Assembly: GCA_046566765.1 (NCBI GenBank)
Contig: JBKHWA010000044.1
Location: 471-64,470 of the forward strand
Direction of reading: 5' to 3'
Source: Gammaproteobacteria bacterium
GTDB lineage: Bacteria; Pseudomonadota; Gammaproteobacteria; Pseudomonadales; JADFDG01
DNA length: 64,000 bases
Shown: positions 45,199 through 54,429 of the stretch, in pieces
How positions within the stretch are numbered: position 1 is the stretch's first letter
Layout: each line of letters starts with the position of its first letter
Notes under the pieces: model-generated
Databases searched by the model: none
Seen by the model: only the letters and a program-made list of their open reading frames with translations
What the model was told of the DNA's origin: nothing
Translations under genes and position numbers: made by a program

Positions 45199-46167
45199 CT
45201 ACTTCTTCTTCCCACGCAACGGAATCACATCCACCGGGTGATCCGCCTCCCGCCCCACATGCTTGTGGATGAAGCGGCCGATCTCGCGCACCGCTTCCTT
45301 GCCTTCCGGGATGAAGTAAGCCATCGCCTGGAACACGTGCATCATGTTCTCGTACACCGTCAGCTTCACCGGCACGCCGGCGCGCCTTGCGGCCTCGGCC
45401 ACCCGCTCGGCATCCGACAGCAGCACCTCGCGGCTGCCGACCTGGACCAGGATCGGCGGGAAGCCGGTGTAATCAGCGTAGATCGGCGACAGGAACGGAT
45501 CGCGTGGCGAGTGATCGCCGGCATAGACCCGTGCCAGGAACTTGAGCACGTTCACCGGGATGTAGGGATCGTGGTCGGCGTTGTCGTGCAGCGATTCGCC
45601 GGTGGCGCTGAGGTCGGCCCAGGGCGAGATCAGCACCGCGCCGGCCGGCAGCGGCAGGCCCAGTTCGCGGAATTTCAGCATCGATACCAGCGACAGGTTG
45701 CCGCCGGCGCTGTCGCCGCCGATGAAGATGTTCTGCGGCTCGTAGCCGCGGGCGAGCAGCCAGCGGTAGACGCGCACCACGTCCCAGATCGGCGTCGGGT
45801 ACTGGTGGTCCGGCGGCTGCCGGTAGTCGACGGCCAGCACCTTCATGCGGCCAGCCTGCGAGATGCGCCAGGTGAGGCCGCGGTGCGAGCGCGCCGAGCC
45901 GAAGAAATAGCCACCGCCGTGCAGGTAAATGAACACGCGGTCCTGGTGGATGCCGTCGGCACAGAGCACCCACTCGCAGGGCACGTCGTCGGCGTGCACC
46001 GGCACGATCTCGGCGTTGCGCGGCACCGGCAGCACCATGGTCAGCGCATCGAAGCCGAGCTGTGAAAACTTCATCAGCCGCGGCGTGAACTTCACCCGCG
46101 CCACGACCGGTTTGACGAACGTCCGCGCGGCGAAACCCAGCGCCTGTGCCTGCCAGCTCGTTGCCAT
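45199..46167 (-). CDS. alpha/beta hydrolase, hormone-sensitive-lipase-like esterase/lipase
   Basis: 322 aa. Oxyanion motif YLHGGGYFFG, nucleophile elbow GGDSAGGNL, and a C-terminal Asp and His (..SDAER.., ..MMHVF..). Confidence 0.9.
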   Translation of the reverse strand: MATSWQAQALGFAARTFVKPVVARVKFTPRLMKFSQLGFDALTMVLPVPRNAEIVPVHADDVPCEWVLCADGIHQDRVFIYLHGGGYFFGSARSHRGLTWRISQAGRMKVLAVDYRQPPDHQYPTPIWDVVRVYRWLLARGYEPQNIFIGGDSAGGNLSLVSMLKFRELGLPLPAGAVLISPWADLSATGESLHDNADHDPYIPVNVLKFLARVYAGDHSPRDPFLSPIYADYTGFPPILVQVGSREVLLSDAERVAEAARRAGVPVKLTVYENMMHVFQAMAYFIPEGKEAVREIGRFIHKHVGREADHPVDVIPLRGKKK

Positions 46168-46238
46168 CCAGCGATCTCCCGCTTGTCGTTGTTGTTCTTG
46201 TCGGCGACCGCGCCGGTCGGGCGGGCCGTGGCCGGAGT

Positions 46239-47561
46239 CTACAACCGCTCCAGCGTCACCGGCAGGCCATCACGCGGCTTGGCGATCGGCACCAGCTGGT
46301 AGGGCATGTGGTAGTGCCGCGGCACGCTCCAGCGGAAGCGCAACAGCACCTGGTGCATGATCGCCTTCACCTGCAGGTCGGCGAAGTGCTGGCCGATGCA
46401 CATGTGCGGGCCACCGCCGAAGGGAATCCAGGCGAAATGGTGCTGCTTGTGTTCCTCGCGGCCCGGCGCGAAGCGCTCCGGGTCGAACCGGAACGGGTTC
46501 GACCAGATCTCTTCCATGTGGTGGGTGTGGATCGGCGCGAGACCGATGTGGCTGCCCGCCGGGATGTTGTAACCCATGAACTCGAACGACTTCGTCGCGT
46601 AGCGCGGCATGGCCGGCAGCGGCGGGTAGCGGCGCAGCGCTTCCTTCATCGTCCACTCGACGCTGCGCATCTTTTCGAGGTCGTCGAACTCGACCCCGGC
46701 CCGCTGGAATTCGCGCGCTTCCTCGCGCAGCCGCTCCTGCCACGCGGGCTCGCGGGCCAGCGCGAAGAACATCGCCGTCAGCGTCGAGGTGGTGGTGTCG
46801 TGCGCCGCCATCATCAGGAACGCCATGTGGTCGATGATTTCCTCGTCGGTGTAGCGGTCCCCGGTTTCGCTCTCGGCATGACAGAAGGCACTGAAGAAGT
46901 CCGGCGTCTCGACCGCGCGCTTCTGCGGCAGCAGCCCGCGGAAGGTCTTCACCAGGTGTTCGCGACCGCGCAGGCCGCGACGGTAGGTGGTACCCGGCAG
47001 GTCGAAGCGGACCGGGGCAATGGAGCCGTCGACGGTATCGACGAACGCCTGGTTCAGGCGCGTCGCCTCCGGGCCCGGCTCGATGCCCATGAAGATCCGC
47101 GACGCGAGATCCAGCGTGAGCTGCTTGACTGCCGGGAACACGCGGAAATCGCTGCCGGTTTGCCAGGCGCGCAGGCCGTCGGCGATGCGCGGGTTCATCT
47201 GCCCGAGGTAGTTCACCAGCGCCGGCTTCTTGAACGCCTGGTTCATGATGCGGCGCTGGAAGCGGTGCTGGTCGCCGTCCATGGTCATCACCGCGCCGGG
47301 AAACACGTGGTCGATCACCCAGCCCCAGCCGTGGCGCGAGGAAAAAATGTCGTCGCGGTTCTGCAGCACCAGCTGGTTGGCGTCCGGGCCGAGCAACGAC
47401 ACCATGGAGAACGGGCCCCAGCCGACGCGCGCCACCGGTCCCCGGCGCCGGTACAACTCGCGGGTAGCGGCGCCGAGGTCGCGGTAGAAACCTATCGTGT
47501 ACTTCAGCGGCCACAGACCGTTGTCGAGCGGGATTTCATTGCCGGCAACGATGGCGGTCAT
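46239..47561 (-). CDS. cytochrome P450 monooxygenase
   Basis: ORF 46239..47612 trimmed to MTAIVAGNEIPLDNG (ATG at 47561). I-helix AAHDTTT, ExxR (EALRRYPP) and heme loop FGGGPHMCIGQHFA. Confidence 0.9.
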   Translation of the reverse strand: MTAIVAGNEIPLDNGLWPLKYTIGFYRDLGAATRELYRRRGPVARVGWGPFSMVSLLGPDANQLVLQNRDDIFSSRHGWGWVIDHVFPGAVMTMDGDQHRFQRRIMNQAFKKPALVNYLGQMNPRIADGLRAWQTGSDFRVFPAVKQLTLDLASRIFMGIEPGPEATRLNQAFVDTVDGSIAPVRFDLPGTTYRRGLRGREHLVKTFRGLLPQKRAVETPDFFSAFCHAESETGDRYTDEEIIDHMAFLMMAAHDTTTSTLTAMFFALAREPAWQERLREEAREFQRAGVEFDDLEKMRSVEWTMKEALRRYPPLPAMPRYATKSFEFMGYNIPAGSHIGLAPIHTHHMEEIWSNPFRFDPERFAPGREEHKQHHFAWIPFGGGPHMCIGQHFADLQVKAIMHQVLLRFRWSVPRHYHMPYQLVPIAKPRDGLPVTLERL

Positions 47562-47605
47562 CCGGATTACCCTCGGTTCGGGGGACAGTTTTCCGAGTCT
47601 GCCAC

Positions 47606-47616
47606 TGGTCATACCA
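47606..47616. promoter_or_regulatory. GntR/FadR-type operator palindrome TGGTCATACCA (site 1)
   Basis: Perfect TGGT-N3-ACCA, 45 nt upstream of the P450 ATG in the divergent intergenic region. Shares the extended core TGGTCAnACCATT with site 2. Confidence 0.55.
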
Positions 47617-47681
47617 TTGGGTCAGCCGCCGACAGTCAGCCGACAGGATGCAGTGGCAGATCCGGAACGCCTGCGGCAAAT

Positions 47682-47692
47682 TGGTCAGACCA
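47682..47692. promoter_or_regulatory. GntR/FadR-type operator palindrome TGGTCAGACCA (site 2)
   Basis: Perfect TGGT-N3-ACCA, 32 nt upstream of the GntR ATG. Its centre is 76 bp from the centre of site 1. Confidence 0.55.
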
Positions 47693-47723
47693 TTTTGTAT
47701 ACCCCGCCTTGCCCGGAGCCCTC

Positions 47724-48497
47724 ATGTCCGAACCCGTCGCCGCCCGACGCCAGGGCCCATCGCCAGCGCGGACTGCGCCCCGGCGCGCCGCGCCACGCGG
47801 CAAGGCCGCACCCAAGGGCCGCGCCGAGTCGCTGTACGAGACGCTGCGCGACAAGATCATCGCCGGCGATTACCCGGCCGGCGCCCGGCTGCCGGCCGAG
47901 CGTGAAATGGTCGAGTTGTACGGGGTGAACCGCGGCGCCGTGCGCGAGGCCATCAACCGGCTGGCGCAATCGAAACTGGTCACCACCGTGCATGGCGGCG
48001 GCACGCGGGTGGAGAACTACCTGTCCACCGCCGGCCTGGACCTGCTGCTCAACCTGGTGGTCGCCGGCGACGGCACCCACCGGCGCGACGCGGTGCGCAG
48101 CCTGATCGAGATGCGCACCGCGCTGGCGGTCGACGCGGCACGGCTGGCGGCGCACAACCACACCGAGGCACAGCTGGCGACGATGCGGCTGCTGGCACGC
48201 GACCTGGCGTCGGTGGTGGACGACGGCGCGCTGCAGGCGCGGCTGCTGGCGATCTGGGAAGCCATCGTCGATGCCAGCGGCAACGTCGCCTACCGGCTGG
48301 CGTTCAACACGCTGCGCGACGGCTACGTGCTGTTCGGCAAGACCATGCACAAGATCATCCGCGATTCGTTCAACGCGCCGGACTACCGCGTGCTGATCGA
48401 CGCCATCGCCCAGCACGATTCGATCCGCACCGAGCGCGGCGCCCGCCGCATCGTCGAAAAGGACGCAGCGATCTTCATCGACCGCTTCGGGCTGTAG
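47724..48497 (+). CDS. GntR family (FadR/FCD subfamily) transcriptional regulator
   Basis: Last 257 codons of the 783-aa ORF 46146..48497, starting at MSEPVAARRQ (ATG 47724). wHTH LYETLRDKIIAGDYPAGARLPAEREMVELYGVNRGAVREAINRL, followed by an all-helical FCD-like C-terminal domain. Confidence 0.85.
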   Translation: MSEPVAARRQGPSPARTAPRRAAPRGKAAPKGRAESLYETLRDKIIAGDYPAGARLPAEREMVELYGVNRGAVREAINRLAQSKLVTTVHGGGTRVENYLSTAGLDLLLNLVVAGDGTHRRDAVRSLIEMRTALAVDAARLAAHNHTEAQLATMRLLARDLASVVDDGALQARLLAIWEAIVDASGNVAYRLAFNTLRDGYVLFGKTMHKIIRDSFNAPDYRVLIDAIAQHDSIRTERGARRIVEKDAAIFIDRFGL

Positions 48498-48530
48498 GAA
48501 CGGCCGGCCGGGCAGCGGCCGGCCCGGCGA

Positions 48531-49211
48531 TTACCGCTCGCCGCGGTAGACCGTCACGTGCTTTACCCACTCGGCTTCGCCGAGGTCGGGCACCGCCACG
48601 CAGTCCTGCGACCAGAGTTTTTGATAGCCCGGTTCGCGGAAATCGCGCACCCGCGAATCGGCCACCAGCGTCACCGGCGCACGCTGGCGGAAATGGCGCA
48701 GGAACGGCATGTTCCCGCGGTCGTACAGCACGTCGGCGGCAACCACCAGGTCGATCTCGTCGGCGCAGGTGAAATAATCGGCGGCGGTGGCGATCTCCAC
48801 CCCGTTCAGCCGCGCATTGGCGCGCGAGGCGGCCAGCGACTGCGGGTCGATGTCGCAGGCGATGGCCCGCTTCGCCCCGGCCAGCGCCGCGGCCACCGCC
48901 ACCACGCCGGAACCGGCGCCGAAGTCGAGCACGGTCCGGCCACGCACTTCCTGCGGGTGGTCGAGCAGCCAGCGCGCCAGCACCGCGCCGCTGCCCCAGC
49001 AGAACGCCCAGTACGGCGGCGCCTCCATCAGCGTGTGCGCAACCTCCGCCGGCAGCGGGCCGACCGGGTAGTCGGCATTGATCAACCACAGGCGGATCTC
49101 CGGCACCAGCGGCAGCGCCGTGGCTTGCAGCCGGGCGCCGTCCAGCAGCGCGCGCAGGGCGCCATCCAGTGCACGGGCATCGGGACAGGCGAATGACGTC
49201 TCGGCAGTCAT
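48531..49211 (-). CDS. class I SAM-dependent methyltransferase (PrmA/Methyltransf_16-like)
   Basis: C-terminal 226 codons of ORF 48531..49433, starting at MTAETSFACPD (ATG at 49211, alternative at 49220). Motif I VLDFGAGSGVVAVAAALAGA, with post-I ACDID. Confidence 0.8.
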   Translation of the reverse strand: MTAETSFACPDARALDGALRALLDGARLQATALPLVPEIRLWLINADYPVGPLPAEVAHTLMEAPPYWAFCWGSGAVLARWLLDHPQEVRGRTVLDFGAGSGVVAVAAALAGAKRAIACDIDPQSLAASRANARLNGVEIATAADYFTCADEIDLVVAADVLYDRGNMPFLRHFRQRAPVTLVADSRVRDFREPGYQKLWSQDCVAVPDLGEAEWVKHVTVYRGER

Positions 49212-49287
49212 AGGCAGCATCGGGAGATACGGATAAAGTCGGCCGCACGCTACACGATTGGCCCACAACAACAAGACCGGAACGACC

Positions 49288-51177
49288 GTGTACCGCCCGT
49301 TTTCCGCCCTCCTTGCCGCCACCACGCTCATCCTGCTTGCCGCCCTCGGCGCCGCCGCGGCACGTGCTGACGGCGTCAGCGACGCCGAGTTCGCGCAACT
49401 GGTGCAGGCGGTGCGCCACGAACCCGGCGGCATGGTGCGTCACCGCAGCATCCTCGAGCGGCTGTCGGCACCGCAGATGGCGCAGGCGATCGCCGCCACC
49501 GGCAACTCCCATTTCACCTGGCTGTACCCGATGGTGCTGCGGGCGCAGGATTTCCCGGCACTGAACGGGGTATCGGTGTCGCAACTGTCGCTGGTCGCGG
49601 TGCACGACGAGCGACTGGTCCCCATCCCGTTCCAGGTCGACGAGTTCGACACCCGCGGCCTGGTGTACATCCCGGGTACCACGCTGTCCAACCCGCTGGT
49701 GCCGGGCTTCGCGCAGCGCGAACGCAAACCGGACGGCGTCGCCGGGCGCTACGACCGCGGCGACGAACTGGTGTTCATGTACCGCGACGGCGGCCTGCGG
49801 CGCGCCAGCGCCGACGAACTGGCGAAACTGCCGGGCAAGGTGCTGGGCCTTGTCCGCATCAAGCGCGACAACCTGGCGCCACGCTATGTCTACCTGCTCG
49901 AGGGCCAGCCGCTGCGCTCGCGCGCCGATTACGTCGACATCGACCTGCCGCGCGGCACCGCCCGCACCTCGGTCGCCGACATCGCCTGGGACCCGTCGTC
50001 GATGGCGAAGCTGAAGTCGATTTCGCCACGGGTCGGGCCGTCGAGCGGCAAGAACATCGTCGACGGCGTCTACGGCGAGGTGAGTACCGGCCTCGTGCAG
50101 AAAAACCTGCGCTTCTCGCTCAACACCACCGACAACATCCGCATCCAGCCGGTGGCGGTGCGCGACGGCCCGGTCCGCGCGCTGATCCTGGCCAAGGTGC
50201 GGATTTTTTACCTCGGCCTGCCGGTCTACCACGACTTTGTCAACGCGGCGCTCTACGAGCAGGGCGGCGCCCTGCTGGCACGGGTGCGGCTGGACAGCCT
50301 CGATTCGGCGAAATACTTCGTCAACCTGATCAAGGAACCGCGCATCGAGGCCACCATCGACTTCGCCAACCTCGAGGGCGCCGAGGTGCGCTGGCAGGTG
50401 GTGCACGACGCGCCGGACCGCGCGCTGGTCGACGGCCGGATGGGTGACATCGAGAAGCGCATGAATGGCGTCAGCATGCCCGGCGACTGGCTGTGGATGG
50501 ACAGCCGCCGTGGCTGGCAGTTCTTTTTCAGCAACAACTTCTCGCTGGAGCCGGACGGCCTGCTGCACGAGTTCCTCGGCGGCATGGAAACGCGCATGGT
50601 TTACGAGGACGGTGCCGACCTGGTCCGCAAGGGCGAACGCATTCCCGGCGCCGGCCCGCGCTTCGGCGTTCGCACCCGCGGCATCCCGGTGGTCGCCACC
50701 ACGCTGCTGACCTCGCTGCGCGGTGTCGACATGGACAAGTTGCGCGGCATCGAGGACCTGGTCGACCAGCTCATCCGGCTCGACGAAAAAGGAAAGCTCG
50801 ATCGCCTCAACCGGGTCATCAACGAAACGCACCGGCGGCTCATCGCCCGCGGCCGGATCCGCACCCTTGACGACCTCGCCGACCTGCTGGTGCGCGACGT
50901 CCGTCGGCTCGGCTTCCGCCCGGCCGACCAGGAAAAACTGGTCCGGCTCGCTCGCCGCGCGATTCTCGAGGGCGGGAACCTCGAGGACTACCGGCTCGGC
51001 CGCGTGCTGAAGGTCATGAAGCGGGTGGCGCAGGAAGAGGGCTTCGACTTCGACAAGCTCCAGTTCGCCATGCTCGACAACGCGCTCTGGTTCCCCGACA
51101 GCGTCGGCGAGGCCGGCCCGGCGGCCTTCGACCGCGAGGTGCGCAACCCGCCGGTGGCGGAACTGCTGCCACCCTGA
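49288..51177 (+). CDS. large secreted hypothetical protein (~630 aa), no recognised family
   Basis: ORF 49258..51177. GTG 49288 gives a clean signal peptide (YRPFSALLAATTLILLAALGAAAARA). TTG 49258 is an alternative start. Composition is normal, with a mixed beta N-terminal two-thirds and a helical C-terminal third. Confidence 0.7.
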   Translation: MYRPFSALLAATTLILLAALGAAAARADGVSDAEFAQLVQAVRHEPGGMVRHRSILERLSAPQMAQAIAATGNSHFTWLYPMVLRAQDFPALNGVSVSQLSLVAVHDERLVPIPFQVDEFDTRGLVYIPGTTLSNPLVPGFAQRERKPDGVAGRYDRGDELVFMYRDGGLRRASADELAKLPGKVLGLVRIKRDNLAPRYVYLLEGQPLRSRADYVDIDLPRGTARTSVADIAWDPSSMAKLKSISPRVGPSSGKNIVDGVYGEVSTGLVQKNLRFSLNTTDNIRIQPVAVRDGPVRALILAKVRIFYLGLPVYHDFVNAALYEQGGALLARVRLDSLDSAKYFVNLIKEPRIEATIDFANLEGAEVRWQVVHDAPDRALVDGRMGDIEKRMNGVSMPGDWLWMDSRRGWQFFFSNNFSLEPDGLLHEFLGGMETRMVYEDGADLVRKGERIPGAGPRFGVRTRGIPVVATTLLTSLRGVDMDKLRGIEDLVDQLIRLDEKGKLDRLNRVINETHRRLIARGRIRTLDDLADLLVRDVRRLGFRPADQEKLVRLARRAILEGGNLEDYRLGRVLKVMKRVAQEEGFDFDKLQFAMLDNALWFPDSVGEAGPAAFDREVRNPPVAELLPP

Positions 51178-51261
51178 AGACGGCAAACACCGGCTCCGGG
51201 CGGGGTTGGCGCCAATAGCCCCACGGCCCGCAGGCCAACCGCCGATTCCCGAAACGAACGG

Positions 51262-51289
51262 TTGAATTTCCCGGCTGCCGGCCAATACT
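51262..51289 (+). promoter_or_regulatory. candidate sigma-70 promoter for sodB (TTGAAT-N16-AATACT)
   Basis: -35 TTGAAT at 51262-51267, a 16-nt spacer and -10-like AATACT at 51284-51289, about 78 nt upstream of the sodB ATG. Confidence 0.3.
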
Positions 51290-51366
51290 TGGAGCCCCGC
51301 TGCCCCGGCCCGCCGGCGGCACCTGCAAGACCCCCTCATTCACCACGCCAGACCAGGAGACAGGAC

Positions 51367-51945
51367 ATGGCCTTCGAACTGCCGCCGCTTCCGTACGCCA
51401 AGGACGCGCTCGCCCCGTTCATTTCCGCCGAGACGATCGACTACCACTACGGCAAGCACCACCAGGCCTACGTCACCAACCTGAACAACCTGGTGAAGGA
51501 CACGCCGAACGCCGACAAGACGCTGGAAGAGATCGTGCTGTCGTCCAGCGGCGGCGTCTTCAACAACGCCGCGCAGGTGTGGAACCACACCTTCTACTGG
51601 AACTGCATGAAGCCGGCGGGCGGCGGCGAGCCGACCGGCGCGCTGGCCGACGCGATCAACAAGACCTTCGGCTCGTTCGCCGCGTTCAAGGAAAAATTCT
51701 CGGCCAGCGCCGTCGGCAACTTCGGCTCCGGCTGGACCTGGCTGGTGCGCAACAAGGACGGCACGCTGGAAATCGTCAACACCAGCAACGCCGGCTGCCC
51801 GCTCACCGAGGGCAAGAAGCCGCTGCTGACCGTAGACGTGTGGGAACACGCCTACTACGTCGATTTCCGCAACCTGCGCGCCAAGTACGTCGAGACGTTC
51901 TGGAACTACGTGAACTGGGACTTCGTCGCCAAACAGTTCTCCTGA
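51367..51945 (+). CDS. sodB: Fe superoxide dismutase
   Basis: MAFELPPLPYAKDALAPFISAETIDYHYGKHHQAYV...DVWEHAYY. 192 aa with AGGAGA RBS. Fe-type residues (AQVWNHTFYW). Confidence 0.95.
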   Translation: MAFELPPLPYAKDALAPFISAETIDYHYGKHHQAYVTNLNNLVKDTPNADKTLEEIVLSSSGGVFNNAAQVWNHTFYWNCMKPAGGGEPTGALADAINKTFGSFAAFKEKFSASAVGNFGSGWTWLVRNKDGTLEIVNTSNAGCPLTEGKKPLLTVDVWEHAYYVDFRNLRAKYVETFWNYVNWDFVAKQFS

Positions 51946-51962
51946 ACAACTTTCCGCGCACC

Positions 51963-51998
51963 AAAAAAAGGGCCGCTTGAAGCGGCCCTTTTTCTTTT
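51963..51998. terminator. bidirectional rho-independent terminator
   Basis: Sequence is aaaaaaa-gggccgc-ttgaa-gcggccc-tttttctttt, between the convergent sodB and kinase genes. Confidence 0.75.
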
Positions 51999-52051
51999 CC
52001 GGAAAATCATGGCGACTGAAGCCGCACTCGCGAGATCCTGCCCTGCAGAAC

Positions 52052-54211
52052 TCAGGCCGGGGTACCGGCATCGACCGCCTGGCGCACCGCGGCCAGCAAT
52101 TTTTCCGTCTCGATCGGCTTGGCAAACATCGCCCTGATGTTGTGGTTGCCGAAATCGGCGATGTTGATGTCGGCGCCGTAGCCGGACACCAGCAACACAG
52201 GAAGCCGGGCATCCAGCGCATACAGTTCGCGCGCCAGCATCACGCCATCCATTTCCGGCATCGAGTAGTCGGTCACCAGCAGGCGCACCTGGCCGGGATG
52301 GTCACGCACCAGTGCGATCGCGTCGGCCGGGTTGGTGAGGGCGCGCACGCGGTAGCCGTGGCTCATCAGCAATTCCGCGAGGAACGAGCCGGCGCCGGCG
52401 TCGTCATCCACCACCAGTACCGGCGCCACGTTGCCGGGCTCGTCCGGCCGGTGCGGTACCGGCTCCTCGGCCAGCGGCAGGTACAGGGTGAAGGTAGTGC
52501 CGCGGCCGGGCTCCGAGCTCACGGCCACGTGGCCGCCGTACTCGTGCATCAGCCGGTTGACCATCGCCAGGCCGAGGCCGGTACCCCGCCCCTCGCCCTT
52601 GGTGGTGAAGAACGGTTCGAACATCTGCGCGCGCACGTTCTCGCCGATGCCGCTGCCGGTATCGCTGACCCGGATCAGCGCGTAGCTGCCGGAAAACGCG
52701 TGGTGGCAGGCATCGCAGAAACATTCCTTGAGCTGCTCGACATCGGTGCTGATGTGCAGCAGGCCCTGGCCTTCCATCGCATCGGAGCCGTTCAACGCGA
52801 GGTTGAGGATCACCTGGTCGAGCTGGTCGGCATCGAACAGTGCCGTGAGTTTCGACAGCGACAGGCTGCTCTCCACCTCGACCGACGACGGCAGCACCGC
52901 GCGCAGGAAATCCAGCGTACCGGCCAGCTGCTCGCCGAGGTCGATGCGGGTCACTGCCGTCGGCGACGAGGCGCCGAACTTCATCAGCTGCTTGACCAGC
53001 AACCGTGAACGGCGAATCGCGTCGTCGATGCGCGACAGGCAGGCATTGAGCATGTCCGGGTCGCGGCGCGAGTAGGTGCGCGCCAGCGAGGTGTAACCGG
53101 ATACCGCGGTGATGATGTTGTTGAAGTCGTGGGCGATGCCGGCGGTGAGATGGCCGATCGCTTCCATCTTCTGCGCCTGGATCAGTTCGGCCTCGAGCCG
53201 GCGACGTTCGCTGGCATCGCTGCGGCGACCATGGTTGTTGAGCGCACCGGCGAACTGGTCCGCCAGCTCGCCGGCAAACGCGAGCTCCTCGGCGCTCCAT
53301 TGCCGCCGCTGGCGCACCGATTCCAGGCACAGCACGCCGCGCACCTGGCCGGCCACCCGCACGGTGGCGTCCAGCATCGAGGTGATCTCATGCCGCGACA
53401 GGTAATTGGCGGCGAACTCACGGGTCCGCGGGTCCTGTGCGGCATCGACGGCGTCGATCCCGCGCTCGGCGCGCAGTGCCTCGAAATAACGCGGGAAATC
53501 GCTGGCCGTGATGCTGGCGCCGCCGGCGTGGCGGCGCGGCGTGCGCTCGTACAGGTCGACGCAGACGAGTGCCCGGCCGTCTTCCGACAGCAACCACACG
53601 CCGGCACGCTCGACCAGCAACAGGTTCGCCGCCACCTCGCTCACCAGTTGCGCCGCCTCGGTGATCCGGCCCTCGATGACCGCCGGCGAGGTGGCGATGC
53701 GCACCAGCTCCTGCTGTTCGCGTCGACGCAGGTCTTCCTGTTCGCGCTGGCGCTGCTCGTAGATCTTGCGCGGCGTCACGTCGACCAGCATTCCCTCGCG
53801 CAGCAACGCGCCGCGCTCGTCGCGCCGCAGGCGGCCGCGGTCGTAGACCCAGCGCGTCTCGCCCTGCCGCGTCTGCAGGCGGTACTCGATGGAATAACTG
53901 CCGTCGCCGAGACGGGCATCGCTGACGGCGCGGGCGAGACGCGCGCGATCTTCGTCCATCACCAGGTCATCGAGCCGCGCCACGCCGGCATCGAACTGGT
54001 CGGAAGTAAATCCGGTGAGATCGATCACCGCGCCGGCAACGAATACCTGGCCGTCGGTGTCGCCCGGCCGCCGGTAATAGACGCCGGGCAATTGCGCCGG
54101 ATCGAGTTCGAGACGCACGCCGTCGACATCGGGTTCCTGCCGGCGCAACCAGGCAAAGGCCGCGAGCAACGCGACCGCCAGCGCGCCAATCGTGACCAGC
54201 AACTCCATCAT
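52052..54211 (-). CDS. hybrid sensor histidine kinase (TM, PAS, GAF, HisKA, HATPase, receiver)
   Basis: ORF 52052..54244 trimmed to [21 protein letters not shown] (ATG at 54211). PAS-like segment ([17 protein letters not shown]). GAF-like segment ([17 protein letters not shown]). H-box [26 protein letters not shown], and a C-terminal REC ([11 protein letters not shown]...[10 protein letters not shown]). Confidence 0.9.
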   Translation of the reverse strand: MMELLVTIGALAVALLAAFAWLRRQEPDVDGVRLELDPAQLPGVYYRRPGDTDGQVFVAGAVIDLTGFTSDQFDAGVARLDDLVMDEDRARLARAVSDARLGDGSYSIEYRLQTRQGETRWVYDRGRLRRDERGALLREGMLVDVTPRKIYEQRQREQEDLRRREQQELVRIATSPAVIEGRITEAAQLVSEVAANLLLVERAGVWLLSEDGRALVCVDLYERTPRRHAGGASITASDFPRYFEALRAERGIDAVDAAQDPRTREFAANYLSRHEITSMLDATVRVAGQVRGVLCLESVRQRRQWSAEELAFAGELADQFAGALNNHGRRSDASERRRLEAELIQAQKMEAIGHLTAGIAHDFNNIITAVSGYTSLARTYSRRDPDMLNACLSRIDDAIRRSRLLVKQLMKFGASSPTAVTRIDLGEQLAGTLDFLRAVLPSSVEVESSLSLSKLTALFDADQLDQVILNLALNGSDAMEGQGLLHISTDVEQLKECFCDACHHAFSGSYALIRVSDTGSGIGENVRAQMFEPFFTTKGEGRGTGLGLAMVNRLMHEYGGHVAVSSEPGRGTTFTLYLPLAEEPVPHRPDEPGNVAPVLVVDDDAGAGSFLAELLMSHGYRVRALTNPADAIALVRDHPGQVRLLVTDYSMPEMDGVMLARELYALDARLPVLLVSGYGADINIADFGNHNIRAMFAKPIETEKLLAAVRQAVDAGTPA

Positions 54212-54429
54212 GGCGACAGTCCCTTGACCCGTTATCCCGTGCACCAGCGTGCAGCAGTTGACAGTACACCATGGCCGGAGCGACTTGAAGGATCAAATCC
54301 CGTTACAAAACAGGGAGTTCCGCCCATCGCCGACCGTTGGTGGCGGACGCTTATGATGGCCCGCGCCATCATGGCCGCCAGCCCTCGTACTCCCTGCCGC
54401 CCGTCGCCACAGCCGGACCCCATCCACGC

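Noticed and set aside
46146-48497. The 783-aa ORF, considered as one gene.
   Set aside because: Only the last 257 codons (the GntR regulator from ATG 47724) are credible. The upstream part is antisense to the P450 gene.
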